Positions 51,001-64,000 of a stretch of 64,000 nt of DNA are shown here, piece after piece. The notes beneath the pieces are model-generated. The model saw only the letters and a list, made by a program, of their open reading frames with translations, was not told the origin of the DNA and made no database searches. The stretch is taken from NCBI GenBank assembly GCA_013239625.1, contig MU053594.1, forward strand, positions 2,484,127 to 2,548,126, given 5' to 3'. The translations under genes and the position numbers were made by a program. This DNA is from Lama guanicoe (Eukaryota). Every line of letters begins with the position of its first letter. The first letter of the stretch is position 1.

Positions 51001-51236
51001 TTACTGTTTATTCATAAAGTACTTTCAGCAAGGCTCCCACAGCCTTTTCAATGATTGAAATAAAGTAAAGCTCAAGATAAAGCAGAGTAGAAACTCAGAG
51101 CTTAAGTTCTGGTTCAGGTCTCTTGTTTTTGTCTTCTTGGGTTTAGATACTGACTTAGTACAACAGAGAGTCTAGTGATGGAGAAAATTGACATGAGTAG
51201 CATGATAAAACATTTGTAGGGTCAAAATCCTTAAAC
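48037..51236 (+). repeat. 1503-bp direct duplication flanking the assembly gap (48037-49539 and 49734-51236)
   Basis: Copies are co-linear at offset 1697 with about ten substitutions seen by eye; each copy abuts the N run. Confidence 0.95.
49540..49733. other. Assembly gap (194 N)
   Basis: Direct reading. Confidence 1.
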
Positions 51237-51735
51237 CATTTACAACAGCCAAGACACAGAATCAACTCAAATGTCCATTGGCAGATGACTGGATAAAGAA
51301 GATGTGGTGTACATATACGATGGAATACTATTCAGCCATAAAAAAGAATAAAATAATGCCATTTGCAACAACATGGGTGGACCTGGAGATTGTCATTCTA
51401 AGTGAAGTAAGTCAGAAAGAGAAAGATATCATATGATAATGCTTATATGTGGAATTTTTTTTAAAAGACACAAATAAACTTACATACAAAACAGAAGTGG
51501 ACTCACAGACATAGAGAACAAATTTATGGTTACCAGAGTGTAAAGGGGGTGGGAAGGACAAATGGGGATTAAAATTTGTACCTTTTGTGGGAGTGATGGA
51601 AATGTTAGCTATCTTGATTGCGGTAGTGATTTCATTGGTGTATACATCTATCAAAATTCATCAAAATGTAGTTTACTGTACAAGAATCATACCACAGTAA
51701 AGCTGTTAAATAAAAATAAAACCCTAAAAAACCCC
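51237..51735 (+). mobile_element. 5'-truncated L1 with atypical tail and 12-bp TSD
   Basis: ORF2 end and 3'UTR, then ccttttgtgggagtgatggaaatgttagctatc...; TSD aaatccttaaac at 51225-51236 and 51736-51747. Confidence 0.88.
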
Positions 51736-52601
51736 AAATCCTTAAACTATAAAATATTTCAGAATGTGGAAGATCAGGAAGAGAATGGATTACAATGACT
51801 TGGAAACTCTGATGAGATAATGATGATAAAGGTTTTAGAACTACATTTTTTCTTTTCAGAGTACGGATTATAAAGTTGCTAGGAATAACTATGAGATTTC
51901 GTTTTCTACAATACTTTAGCGTAAAATTTTTCTGGGTAAGTCATTGTTATTCTTATAAAATTTTGATTTTTATCTTGGCTTGATTGGCAGCTTTCTCAAT
52001 ACTGTTGACATGATCTTTATTGTGTGTGTGTGTGTGTGTGTATGTGTTTGTGTAATGTATACATGTGTATATATCTTTTTATATAGAAGTGTATGTACGT
52101 AAATTACATAGCAGATATAGAAGCAATGAAATCCTCATTTATAAATAAGAAATCACCCTGGAATCTGGAAGACTGAAAGGACAATTGTGAAGGAGAAGCA
52201 GGAATGTCTGTGCATAGTAGGTCAGTACTGGGTAATAGATGGTTGTTGAATGAGTGAATAAGAGAAACTCCTTCTTCATTAGAAGCCCTTTATAATTAGT
52301 AGTGAAAAGACATGATGACATATGGTAGCCACTGTTTTCTACATGTCATTCTTAAAATATCCTTGGGAAGTGAGTGGGTCAGGTGTCATTGCTATCTTGT
52401 TTTGCTGATGAGGAAATTGCAATTTGGAGTTTGAAAAGACTTGTTCAGAATTGGTAAGTGACCAGGCTGAGACTTGGCCTCAGTCAGATGATTCTAAATT
52501 CTATGCATTTTTGCCCCTTCTGATTTCTGCACCCCTACCCCCGTGCACGCGTGTGTGTGTGTGTACAGCGAACTCGTCCAGTTTTCAGTGATTGCTGCTG
52601 T

Positions 52602-52915
52602 TGTGATCTGAATGTTTTGTGTTCTCCCAAAATTCGTATGTTGAAAATCTAATGTCCAAGGTGGTGGTATTGAGAAGTGGGGTACTGGGAGATTTGGGAA
52701 GTGATTAATAGGATTAGTGCCTTATAAAAGAGGCCCCAGAGAGCTCCCTCACCCTTTTGCCATGTGAGGACATGAGGAGAAGTGTGTGAGTTGGAAGAAA
52801 GCTCTCACCAGAACATGCTGGCATCCTGATCTCTGACTTACAGTCTCCATAACTGTGAGAAATAAAAATTTGCGGTTTCGATGTTTTGGCATAGCAGCCT
52901 GCATGGATAGATACA
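52602..52915 (+). mobile_element. MaLR LTR (MLT1A-like)
   Basis: tgtgatctgaatgtt...ccaaaattcgtatgttgaaa...taggattagtgccttataaaagaggccccagagagctccc...aactgtgagaaataaa. Confidence 0.85.
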
Positions 52916-54029
52916 GCTATTTAACCATAGTACAACTCTTTGTTGTCAGGCCATGTGATTATCTGATTTATATTTGATCACATTTTCCCGCTCCATCTTT
53001 TTCCCCTCCATCTTTTGTAATGTCTGTCCTGCATCACGTTAGTGGCTCTGGAACAGTCACTGAGAAAGACACTCACTGAAATGAGAAGAGGGAAGAGGGG
53101 ATGACAAAAGAGAAACAACAGGCTTTACTACAAAGGCAGGTCCAAGGCCTTGGTGTTGGAGACATTTCTTAAGCTAGAGCATCCATCTCCTGTGTCTGTT
53201 CTTCTACGCACGTGCACCGCAGTTCAGAAGGACATGAAAGAGTTCAACAATAATAAACATTCTAGCATCTGCTCCTCCCTTCTGCTGGATGATGGGCTCT
53301 TCATTCTTTATGGGGAAATGGCTAGTGGAGCAACAAGCAGGGCAAAGAGGCAGCAAGGAGTTTCTTGGCAGAAGCAGCAGCTCAGAGAACTAAAACAAAT
53401 TCACACACCAGGGTTATGTTGTTCCTGGACATTGGAGAGAATATCTGAAATGGAGAGGTCTGTGTTCTACCAGGAGGAGCCCTTGCCTGGTCTCTTCTTT
53501 CTGAGTGTGACGTTTTCCTATGGCATACAACCTTTGGAGACAATAGAGGGTGATCTAATTTTGCAAATGATGATTCCCCTTTCCCCTTTGTTGTGACACA
53601 TTTGTATAAGACTGAAGATCTGCAGATCTATTATACTCTTACCCATTTCTGCTGTCCAGGTTTTGACCACAGGGAGAATACGATAACGCTTTCTGTTTGT
53701 GTAATGTATTGTGCCTAAGAACCATTTGTGCTTTGGAGATGGCTCAGCAAAGTGTCAGTCTCTGCCTGCTGTTCTTTTCCAGCAGCAAAAGCTGAAGTGC
53801 TCAGTGTCTTGGGAGCTCCTGCTTCTAGGAAGATCTAGAAGGAGTTACTAAGCCCATTTCAGGAACCTGATACACTGAAGGGTTGCCTGAGCTCCTGGAG
53901 GCCCATGTAAATAGGAAAATGTGGACTTCTTACTTGTACCAGCAAAGCAGAGTATTATTTGAACATTGTCTTCCTAAGTTAAAGGATTATAAACCCCAGA
54001 ATAATCTTTAGACATGGATACAAGTAAAC

Positions 54030-54722
54030 AGATAAGCACAATAATCCATTAGAAGAGGTAAAATGGAACACTAAGCATTTTTAGTTAATGTTAAAGAATG
54101 CAGGAATAGAAGAAAAAATGAGCAGAGAGCACATATCAAAAACAGACAGCAAGATAATAGATTTAATCCATCATATCAGTAATTACATTATATGCAAATA
54201 CAGCAATTACTCAAAGCAAAAAGCAAAGATGGTCAGATTGAAAAAATAAAGACCTAGTTATATGCTATTCACACTGGTGGATTGAAAGCAAAAGTACAGA
54301 AAAAAGTTTATCATGCAAACACTAGTCATAAGAAAGCTGGTTTGTCTCTATTAACGTCGGATGAAGTAGATTTCAAGATAAAGTGAATTATTAGAGGAAA
54401 GGGGCATTTCATCATGATAAAGAGGCCAATTAACCAAGAAGACTAGCAACCTTAAATATGCATGCGCCTAATAGCAGGACTACAAAACACATGAAGGTAA
54501 AGGTGACAGAACTTAAGGGGAAAATAGGCAAATCCACAACTATTATTGGAGATTTCAATACTCCTCTTTCAGTAATTGACCAAAAAAGTAGATAAAAACT
54601 CAGAGAATATAAAAGAGAACATACAGATATATATTTAAACAACTTGACCTAATTAAACTTTATAGAATGCTATATGCAAAAATTACAGAGTACTCATTAT
54701 TTATTCTCAAGTGCATATGGAA
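54030..54722 (+). mobile_element. Old L1M, ORF2 endonuclease region
   Basis: aagtagatttcaag...gggcatttcatcatgataaagagg...ttggagatttcaatactcctctttcagtaattgac (GDFNTPLS motif). Confidence 0.85.
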
Positions 54723-55012
54723 CATATATATATATATGTACATATGTATATATATATTCCTTTTCATATTCTTTTCCATTATAGGCCATTGCAAGGTATT
54801 GAATATAGTTCCCTGTGCTATATAGTAGAAATCTGTTGTTTATCTATTTTATATATAGTAGTGTGTATCTGCAGATCCCAGACTCTCAATTTATCCCTCC
54901 CTATCTCCTTTCCCCCTGGTAACCATAAGTTTGTTTTATGTCTGTGAGTCTGTCTCTGTTTTGTTAATAAGTTCATTTGTGCCTTTTCATTTAGATTCCA
55001 CATATAAGTGAT
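54723..55012 (-). mobile_element. L1 3'UTR fragment lacking its tail
   Basis: gaatatagttccctgtgctata...ggtaaccataagtttg...ttagattccacatataagtga. Confidence 0.85.
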
Positions 55013-55448
55013 AGGAATACTACTGAGCCATAAAAAGAAGGAAATTCTGCTATTTGTAACAACATGGATGGATCTAAAGAGTATTATACTTAGTGAGGTA
55101 AGTCAGATAGGAACAGACAAATACTCTGTTATCGTTTATATGTAGAATCTAAAATATAAAACAAACAAATATATATCACAAAACAGAAACAGACTGACAG
55201 ATATAGAGAACTAGTGGTTACCAGTGGAGAGAGGGAAGGAGGAAGGGGCAAGATAGGGGTATGAGATTAAGAGATACAAACTACTATGTATGAAATAGAT
55301 AAGCAACAAAGATATATTGTGCAGCACAGGGAAATATAGCCATTGTTTTGTAATAACTTTAAGTGAAGTATAATCTATAAAATATTGAATCAATATGTTA
55401 AACACCTGAAACTAATATTGTAAATCAAATATGCTTTAATGAAATAAA
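55013..55448 (+). mobile_element. L1 3' end (L1MA9-like)
   Basis: ggaatactactgagccataaaaagaaggaaattctgc...gcacagggaaatatagccattgttttgtaataac...acacctgaaactaatattgtaaatcaa. Confidence 0.85.
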
Positions 55449-55449
55449 A

Positions 55450-56040
55450 GGACTGATGACACCAAATGTTGTCCAGGATATGGAGCAAGAGGGAGTGTAA
55501 AATGGTGCAACTCTTGTAAAACAGCCTGTCATTTTCTCATAAAGTTAAGCATATATTTACCCTATGTCCTGGCAGTTCCACTTCTATGTGTCTACCAATG
55601 AGAAATAAAAACAGATGCCTACAAAAGACCAGCAAACAAGTATTAATAGCCCCAAATTGGAAGCAACCCAATAGATTGTGATGCGTGCTGAGCAACTGTA
55701 AGGAAAAACGATGGATAGTTTCAACAAGATAGCTGGATATTGAAAACATGCTGGGTGACAGAACCACACACAAATATTTACACACTATCCTCTTCCATTT
55801 ATACAAAATGCTGGAACAGAAAAAAATATGAACAAGCTATACACATAGACATCAGATCAGTGGATGCTTGGAGAGAGAGTTGAGGAGGATTTACTTCAAA
55901 GGAGCCCAAGGGAACTTTCTAAAGTGATGGGACAATTCCACACCCCAACAGTAGTGTAGGTTACATGTGTGTACACACTGTTAAAACTCATCCAACTAAT
56001 AAAGTATTTGATATCTATGCATGTTACTGTATATAAGTTC
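55450..56040 (+). mobile_element. Old L1M (L1ME-like) ORF2 end and 3'UTR
   Basis: caccaaatgttgtccaggatatggagcaa...aatagccccaaattggaagcaaccc...ttaaaactcatccaact. Confidence 0.7.
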
Positions 56041-59000
56041 TCTCTCTCTCTCCCTCTCAACGGACAGACACACATGAGTCTGCTAGAAGTTTACAGCAGT
56101 TGCCTAAGCACTGCATATAGTTTGCTCACAAGTTTTGTCACCTCCTTGTTTCTTTTGGACCCCAGTTTTCTTCCACAAAGTGAGGAAATTGGACTTCTCC
56201 AAGCTTCAGAACGGTAGTTCACCTGGGTATTGGGTTCCTTTCCAAATCTAACATTGTGTGTGGATTACTGTTTGTACTGCTTCACTTCATTAGACCATCT
56301 GTTTGAAAACTCCTGGAATCCAGTTGCACCCTGAATGAAATAGGATAGAGGTTGAAGAGCCTGTTTCCTGTTCCACTCAGCTGGGAACAGAATAAAAGAA
56401 TTTTCACCAACGTAGCTGAGTCAGAGAGGAGGAACCCATTCAGGTGAGTGGATACTTAAATTGAGCGAGCATTGAAACTCCCCAGTGGGACCCTGTTTGC
56501 ATTCTGCAAGCTGTATGTTTACAGGGACAACTGTCGTGCCAGGACGTGGGGATTGACTGTGGAAATGTAAAGCATGTGTTCTCCAACGGCCAGGACCACC
56601 TTCCCAGGAGCCTGAACTCTTTGACACACCTGGTTGATGTATAGGTAAATCACAGGAAGCAAATTATGAGCCTAGGTAAAGAAAGTCAATTCATATGTTG
56701 GCAAGCCTTAATAAAAGAAATATTGGAAGTCCAGGGTCTAGAAACGCCTACATTTTTACAAGAAAGTCGACAGTATTGAAACACTTTCTATAAGGCCCCC
56801 TAAAGTTCCTCCTCAAAAGTCTGTATTTGGCGTGATGATTACATTTGTTTTCTTCCTAGTTCTTGTTCAGAACGATTTTCCTAAGGGAAGTGGCAACCTA
56901 CTCTCTCTGGCCCACCCTGCTTCCCTTTTATCTTTTACACAAAGGGTACTTTACTTTCTAATTCCTTTTATATAGCTGATTTTGATTAATAGTGATGACT
57001 AGAGTTGTCCTCTCCAGCACAAAGACCTGGTTGGAGTAAAGCCACAGCCAGGAACTAACAGGAACACATTGTTATGACTCAGAGTCAACATTGCAGGGAA
57101 CGAACTGAGCTGTGAGCTTACGATAAAATCCCACTTATGCTTTTTACCCTATTTCAACAGCATTTCAAAAGCAGTGTATTTCATTGGCAGGTGGTATGAT
57201 TTGGATTATTTAACATTTCTTTGTTAGTGCTTTAAAGACTTGAATCAATTCCTTTATTGTTCCTCAGTGGTTAGAACTGCATTACATCCAGAAACCAGCA
57301 CTGGAAATAATATATATATATATATTATATATATATGTATCTGTTAAGTTGTTCTTACAATGAGGTGACATATGTTTCTCTGGGAGCAAACTCTCCCCCC
57401 TCCAGAGTTCCACAGCATATTGTACCATCCATATGGCCTGGAATTAGAGCTGGTAAGCGTTCAGAAGGGGAAGGTTACATCGCACAAACCTGCTAGTGTT
57501 ATACAGCCAGTCCCCCCTTCCCCTCACTCAAGGGTCACTTCTCCCCTGGGAGGTTATGACAGTCATTTTGCTGGGGTCTCAGAGGGAGAGGAGATATATT
57601 CCTCTGGTGAGCATATTGTGTGGTCCATCTGTGGTCCTGTGGCTGCCTTTGACTGATTTCTATTGTGGGGGTCTCTTGTATCTTCTGTTGACTGTAACTC
57701 CTTCTCTTTCCCAGCTTCTTATCAGAACGCCCCTCAGTGTAGGCACAGGGTAGGCACGCTGAGTTTGATGAATAATGAATGCTTCCTGGTTTTGTACTGT
57801 TTCTCTTCTTCCAAGGAATTTATAGAGTCCTCTCCTAGGAGGCACTGAGTTTGATACAATGTTCTGTTCTTTTTGCTGGATCACCCAAACTTAGCTTATA
57901 TGCCTGTATTTACTCTCAAGGCTTTATAGATCTGTTCTCTTCTTACTGTTGGCCAGACTATCCTGGTTACTGTAAGAATAATCATAATCTTTACAAATAT
58001 ACCCTCAGGTGTGTACTATGGGAATCTTCTCAAATCTTTTTTCCAGGAAATTAACATTTATTGGTCAATATGCTCTACATACATTATCTAGGTGCTCAAC
58101 ACTCATTATGTAATTCAATACAAACAATGAAATAATACCCATTTTATAGGTTAGGAAACTGAGGACTGAGGAGGCTAAGTAACTGATTGAAGCATTCAGG
58201 ATAGACAGTGTGCTACCACCGCTCTCTTCCACTACTGCTTATGCCACAGGTTTCTCTCACAAGGGTTATTTGAGGATGGTGGAAAGCTTATTAAATGTTA
58301 AGCACCCGGTACTCATGGACTTGAATGATCCAAATCCGTTCTCTAGGCTTTATAGGGGTGATGTGTTAGACTAGTCAGGCCGGGGTGCCCTGACATCTTG
58401 GGAGGACAATGTGACCCATCACTCCCCATGCCTTTTCACAGCCCTCAAAGTCACATTCTGTTCATCATTTTCCTTTCTAACCATGCGTAGATGTTTTTCT
58501 CTTTAAGTGCCTGCAATCTGTCTTTGGTTTCCAAATTAAGAAGCAGGCTGCACATTTTCTATGGTCTCAATTACAGACTGTTGTGTGATGCCCTTACCTG
58601 CCTGCCAGTCATTATTTCCGTATTTCTGTGAAATCCTGTTATTTTGGTCTCGGGCTCAGGGTAGAGATGCATTGCCATCCCAGCAATGTCATCTGGTGAG
58701 ATATATTTTTTCTAGTAGCCAGTTCCAACTCTCAGGAGGCCACAGGGACCACAGGATTCACATAGGAGGAAATGATAAGCAAAGTTCTTTAAGAAAAGGA
58801 ACCGTGTCATATGTCTTTCCTTCCTACGTATCATTGGTGCCTGGCATATACTTATTCAGAAGTGTTGGCTTCATAAAGATATTAGATATCATTGTTTGAC
58901 ACACTAGAAAGCAGTTGTCAAACTCTAGTATCCAAGTAAGAGAAGCATCTGTTTCTAGAAACCAAATTTACTCCCTAGTTCCCACTCCCACGTATTCAAG

Positions 59001-60121
59001 ATAGAGCCGAGGTAATAAAATTGGCATTAAAAAGGCCGTTTTCCCCTTCTGCTATTCCACTTTCCTTACGTGTTTCAGAGATGGCCAGTTGCTTTTCTGA
59101 ATGCATCTAATGTTTTCATTTTATACCAGACAGTACATTTAGAGGAGTTATAGAAATTTAAAACTATGAAAATTCATGTGAATTCTGGAAACCTAAGCCT
59201 GGACAGAACTACAGACCTAGAATATGCAGCTAGACTGGAAAGTTAAATAAACAAGCCTGCTTAGAAGGGTAGGGGTGTTGCAAAAATCCTTGGTGTGCAG
59301 ACGCGTCTTTCTGTCTCGTCTCACCCCAGAGTTGGCTAATGAGCAGTGCTTCCCCAGGGCAGGGCCAGGGTTCATTGATTGTTGTTTCTCCAGCTCTTCT
59401 CCAGTAATTTGAACATAGTAGGTGCCTAATGAGCACTTAATTCTAAGTTTAAAAGTAATCAGGATCAAGAAGCCTGGGAATGTAAAAGATCTATTTCTTG
59501 AATCTATATCTTTTTACAGGATGAAGAGAATAGCTGATGTATTTGGTCAAGGTTTCTGTCCTCTGAAGGCAAGGGCAGAAATGCCCTTCAGAGGGTTAGT
59601 GTGCACAGTCCTGCCATCTGTTTACCCTCACCCGGATGTGCTTAAGGAATGTGCTATGTGTTAGGGGATGATGGATTCCATTTGACTGCCTAGAGAATAC
59701 CCAGTTTCACTTATTTAGACCAATGGTTCAGAAATTCCAGACTCATGGAAAAGCTTAAGTATAGAACATTAAAAGCAAACAGAAGACAAAGAGCATCTCT
59801 GGCATCCTCAGCCGTTCACAGTTGTCACATCCTAGCTTTGGCAGCGGCCAATCTACTGCTTAGAATTACACTCTAAGAAATACCATAAAGGCAGACGTTA
59901 AAGCGAGGCTCCCAGAGGCGTGATGCAGGAGTGGCTTGGTGTTAACAGAAAACCACCTGGGCTGAATGCATCAAACCCTCAGTTAAGGCAGTGATGATTT
60001 TTGATAATACTTCAAAAGCAAAACTGAGGGCATGCCAGGAGGAATGTGGTCCAAAGTTCATGTTCCTTTTCTCTCTGAGTTATGGGTGGTTGCTTTTTTT
60101 TCTTTCTCCTCCCTCCTTTGT

Positions 60122-60197
60122 TATCATCTATCATCAATTTACATTATCTATCTATCTATCTATCTATCATCTGTCTACCTACCCATCTGTCTACCTA
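60122..60197. repeat. (TATC)n-type microsatellite
   Basis: tatctatctatctatctatctatc core at 60145-60168. Confidence 0.85.
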
Positions 60198-63100
60198 CTA
60201 AGTGAAATCGGATGAAATAATTTACAAAGTTATATCAGTGTAAAAACATCATATTTAGGAACCAGGCCAACTTTGACCTCTCCTCTCTTGTCTCAAACAC
60301 TCCCATTTGTTTAGTTTCTATTGCTTTGGACAGTTAGTTTCTTACAGTGAGTAGTGCCCATCTAAACCAGCCCCTCCTCATTTTTCGTTTGCCTAAACAT
60401 CCTAATGTTTTTACAGTCTATAATGCACTCATGGTTAGGTAGGTATTCATAAAGATTTACTAAATGTAAGATTATAGGAACCAAAGAATGAAACAGATAA
60501 ATGAATTTGGTAACCATGGTTACATACAGTCAAGGAGTGTAGGTGTGATAGAGATGGTGTGGGTTTTGGAACCAGACAGGAGTATATGTGGATTCTACTG
60601 CTTACTAGCTGTGGGAATGCGGACAAATGACAGGTTTTCTCAAAGCTGATTTCTCCATCAGTGAAACGTTTTGAAACGAAGCATTTTGATCATCTGGCCT
60701 CTCCTAACTATCTGCCTTCATTGCCTGCCAGTTCTATTTCTGTTCACCATTATGAGTGTTCAAAGTCAATACAGTCCCAGGGAGGTTCCACTATCGGTTA
60801 AAACGATATGTTTAAGAAAGTATTCTGATTAAGAAGCTACCCCTGAGTAATCATTCCGCTTTGAGTTTTGTGGGAATTAGCTGATAGGCTAAGGATTTAA
60901 CATTTTAAGAAAGCAGTGCAGATCTTAATCTGAGCAAAATATGATCCCAGTAAACTTAATTCCCAAGACCAATGCATTAGATCTGTTGAATTGAAATCAA
61001 AGTTAAGCATACCCATGTCCTGGAGCCTCCCGTGGGGCTTGGTTCCAGGATGGGGGATGTGTGATCTGGGGCATTCAGCTTGGACTGCACATTTGCCAAG
61101 ACCCACCCATTGACAGTTTTACGTATTGTCTTACATGCATGCAATCATTGTCGTCATGTGTTAAAAGTGCTGATTTGTTAAATAAAACATTGAAGAACAC
61201 ATTCCACAAATTTTGTGACTCTTTTTTGGCATTCACATTTAAAAAATATTTTTAGCACCTCAAGAAATATACATAGCTTGCTTTCTTTCAGGTTTTGAAA
61301 GCTCAGTCTGCTATGTGAGGCCACCTTTGTGCTTATGTGACCAACTTTTCCACCAGAAGATATGCTGTGGCTCATGCCATAGAATTGCTTGGATTCTTTT
61401 TATCTCTCAGAAAACTATGGCAAAGATCTCTTTGCCACATTGCCTTTTAACCAGCCAATCACTACCCAGTGGTAGCGTGAGTGATGGTTAAATCTGATGC
61501 AAAATTAAGTGCTCTAAACATGCTGCCTGGCTGTACCTAGTCCCTGAATTGCAGAGACTGGATTTCCCTGGAACTACCCACTGACTGGGTCTTGACATGC
61601 AAAAGCCTCAGCTCTTAAGAAATTTCATGTGAAATATTTGTCTTCTGGCAATGGTGGCTTGGACCAAATTGACATATTTTGGGAAGAAGATGTTTTTAAG
61701 TGTGTGGATTTGTCTATTTTTCTGTGTGCCATTTTTGCTTTATGTATTTGACGCCGAATTAGTAGGTATATATATGAATTTAGAATCTTTATATCATCCT
61801 GATGAAGAAAACCTTTTGCCATCAGACCCTAAAACTGTACCAATGCTTTCTGTCTTTAAGTAATTTATTACTTTTCTCTATGGCTTTTTATTGATCTTTT
61901 GGATTTTTCTTGAGTTGAACTAAAAATATTTTGTGATATTCCAGAAGCAGAGACAAGAAAGCTCATAGAAGTTTAGATTAACCTTATTTTATTCCAATAT
62001 ACTCACTATTGATGCTCTGTGAAGTGATCAACCATGATATTTCCTGCTCTGTGCCCTAGTCTATATGGCTGTTGCAAGAGCTGCCTTCTTCTTTCATGAC
62101 CTTACCCCTCTGAGTGGGCATTCCACCCAAAGTGAACCAGTACCATTCCTCCCCCGCCCCCCAGATTTTTGACAAGAACTGATAGTACCAGTCCTTATTT
62201 TGTGTTAGAAGTTGTAAGAATTAAAATCTGAGAGATTTTCCATGATGTGAAAGAGACCTGTCTTTAGTGAGAGAATAAAATTTTACTGTAGAAAGAAACA
62301 GATGAGGGGTAATGAGAAGGGGCAGGCGGGATACCATTTGGGTTGCTGGTTCCAATAGTCCCTTAAGCCAACTGTGTATCCAATATTTCATCTTCTTTTG
62401 TCTCAGTCTTTCCTGGATTCTGAGACAATAACTCCAATCTCTAGCTCAAACTGGATTTCTATTATTTGCAACCAAAAATACTTTATTAGTATTTTAAGCT
62501 ATGAATTAGCCATTTTGGCTCTAGGAGGATATTAGGTCATGGTTTTCAGAAAAAGAATTTCAACTGAAGACCCTGTGGTACCGGTTACAGCTCTGATCTG
62601 GGATTTTAAGAAACAAGATGGCAGGCAGTGCCACAGAGGAATGGGCACAGTCAGTGTAACTTCATTTAAACAACAATGCTGGAAAAAGTGTTTTATTCCA
62701 TAGGGTGCACACACAAAGCCTTCCTTTGACTTATGACCAAAGCCACTATGTGCAGAATCTGAAATCGGCGAGCACCAGTTGTGAAAAATCACCCTCAGAA
62801 CAGTCAAAGGGATAAGAACTGAAAAGAATGTGCATGATTAGGGCATGACTAAATGAGTTTGAATTAGTCTTACTATAGCAATATTTGGGGGTTATTTATC
62901 CAATTCCATTTCTTCCTCTTTGAATAAATGAAAATTCGTTTCAGGGGTTGAAATCTGCTTTGCTCTGTGAAGACCTCGTCTGTGACTCTTGCTTCTCTCT
63001 GGATTGACAGATGGCTGCCCAGTCCCTACATCACTACCGAAAGCATAGCCTGCCAAGGGCTTGGTACCACTCTCTGTGACAGCAAAAACAAAAAAAGCAC

Positions 63101-64000
63101 AAGCAATAAATTAGAAACCTTCCAAACTGTTTCCGAGTCCAATATTTGTTTGTATTTATTTAATTGTAAGAATATTATGTTTTTCTTTTTTGTCATGAAG
63201 AAGACAGAACTGTCTTAGGAGCTGGTGAAATCACAAGAATTGAGATCAAGACACAATTCAATCGTCTTATTTCTATCTTTTATTCTTGCCTGTCATATTA
63301 ACAGAAATTAAGAACTCAGATTATATAATATAATTGGACTTCAGAAATTTATTTCAGTAATCGCTTATGAAACTGTATTTGCAAACTTTAACTCACTTTA
63401 ACTATGGGTATAAATCCCATCCCTCAAGCTGACTGAAAACTGACCCATGTACCACAAAACATACTAAGTGATAGTAACGATGGAGTAGTTCCTTATTTAG
63501 CTACAATAATTAGGGAATGAGGTATTCTGCAGAAAGTACATTTTATCAATAATTGAATATTATCTTTAAACTACTGGACCTTAAACATTTAAAGATACTT
63601 GTATAAAAATATTTCTAAGACAGATTACATATGTCCTTGTCTTACCATGTAGAACGGGAACTAAAATAGCATGTATTTATTCAGTAAATATCTATTAAGC
63701 ACCTACTATGTGCCAGGCACTGGGAGACGTCTTCAAGTTAAGAAGAACAAGGCACACATTGTACTTGATCCCGTAGAAGTACATCTTAGTCATTACTTAA
63801 TGATTCAGTTGTTATTATAAATATGCAGTATAAATGAGGTTTTCAAGTGCTTTTGACTTAGAACTGGACACCTTAACAGTTAATTTTGTTGAAGCAAAAT
63901 TCAAAAACTTTTTCATCTCATGACTTCAAATTTGGAATTTTGTTTTGTAAGACTTTCTATACTATTAGGTCACAACAAGTGTTTTGGGGTTTTTTTTTGG

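Noticed and set aside
53150..53596. 148-aa ORF (also 463-888 and 26393-26869)
   Set aside because: No recognisable domain or exon structure; lengths are within chance for mammalian non-coding DNA.

Overview
Mammalian genomic DNA, most likely a camelid (tRNA-Ala-derived vic-1-type SINEs and young L1 3' ends; I saw no Alu, BovB, PRE-1 or Can-SINE). The key content is missed by the ORF track: the 5' end of POU2AF2 (C11orf53, OCA-T1), the tuft-cell coactivator of POU2F3, on the minus strand. A 10-nt coding first exon (ATG at 17546) splices across an 8.8-kb intron to a 110-nt exon (8745-8636), giving MESVPGDYSKRVYQGVRVKHTVKDLLAEKRSRQTSNSRFN, which contains the OCA-B-like POU-binding peptide. Later exons should lie left of the window. 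Seven perfect octamer motifs cluster in and around the gene, two of them in the likely promoter, suggesting POU feedback. The remaining ~46 kb is repeat-rich upstream DNA (L1, L2, MIR, MaLR/ERV LTRs, hAT elements) with a CTCF motif, several chimeric or nested L1 insertions, an old local duplication, and a 194-N gap flanked by a probable false 1.5-kb duplication. Gene identity and repeat family names come from my recall of these sequences, not from searches, and repeat boundaries are approximate. I found no wholly new biological system. The best novelty candidates are the chimeric L1 3' ends and the POU2AF2 regulatory layout.
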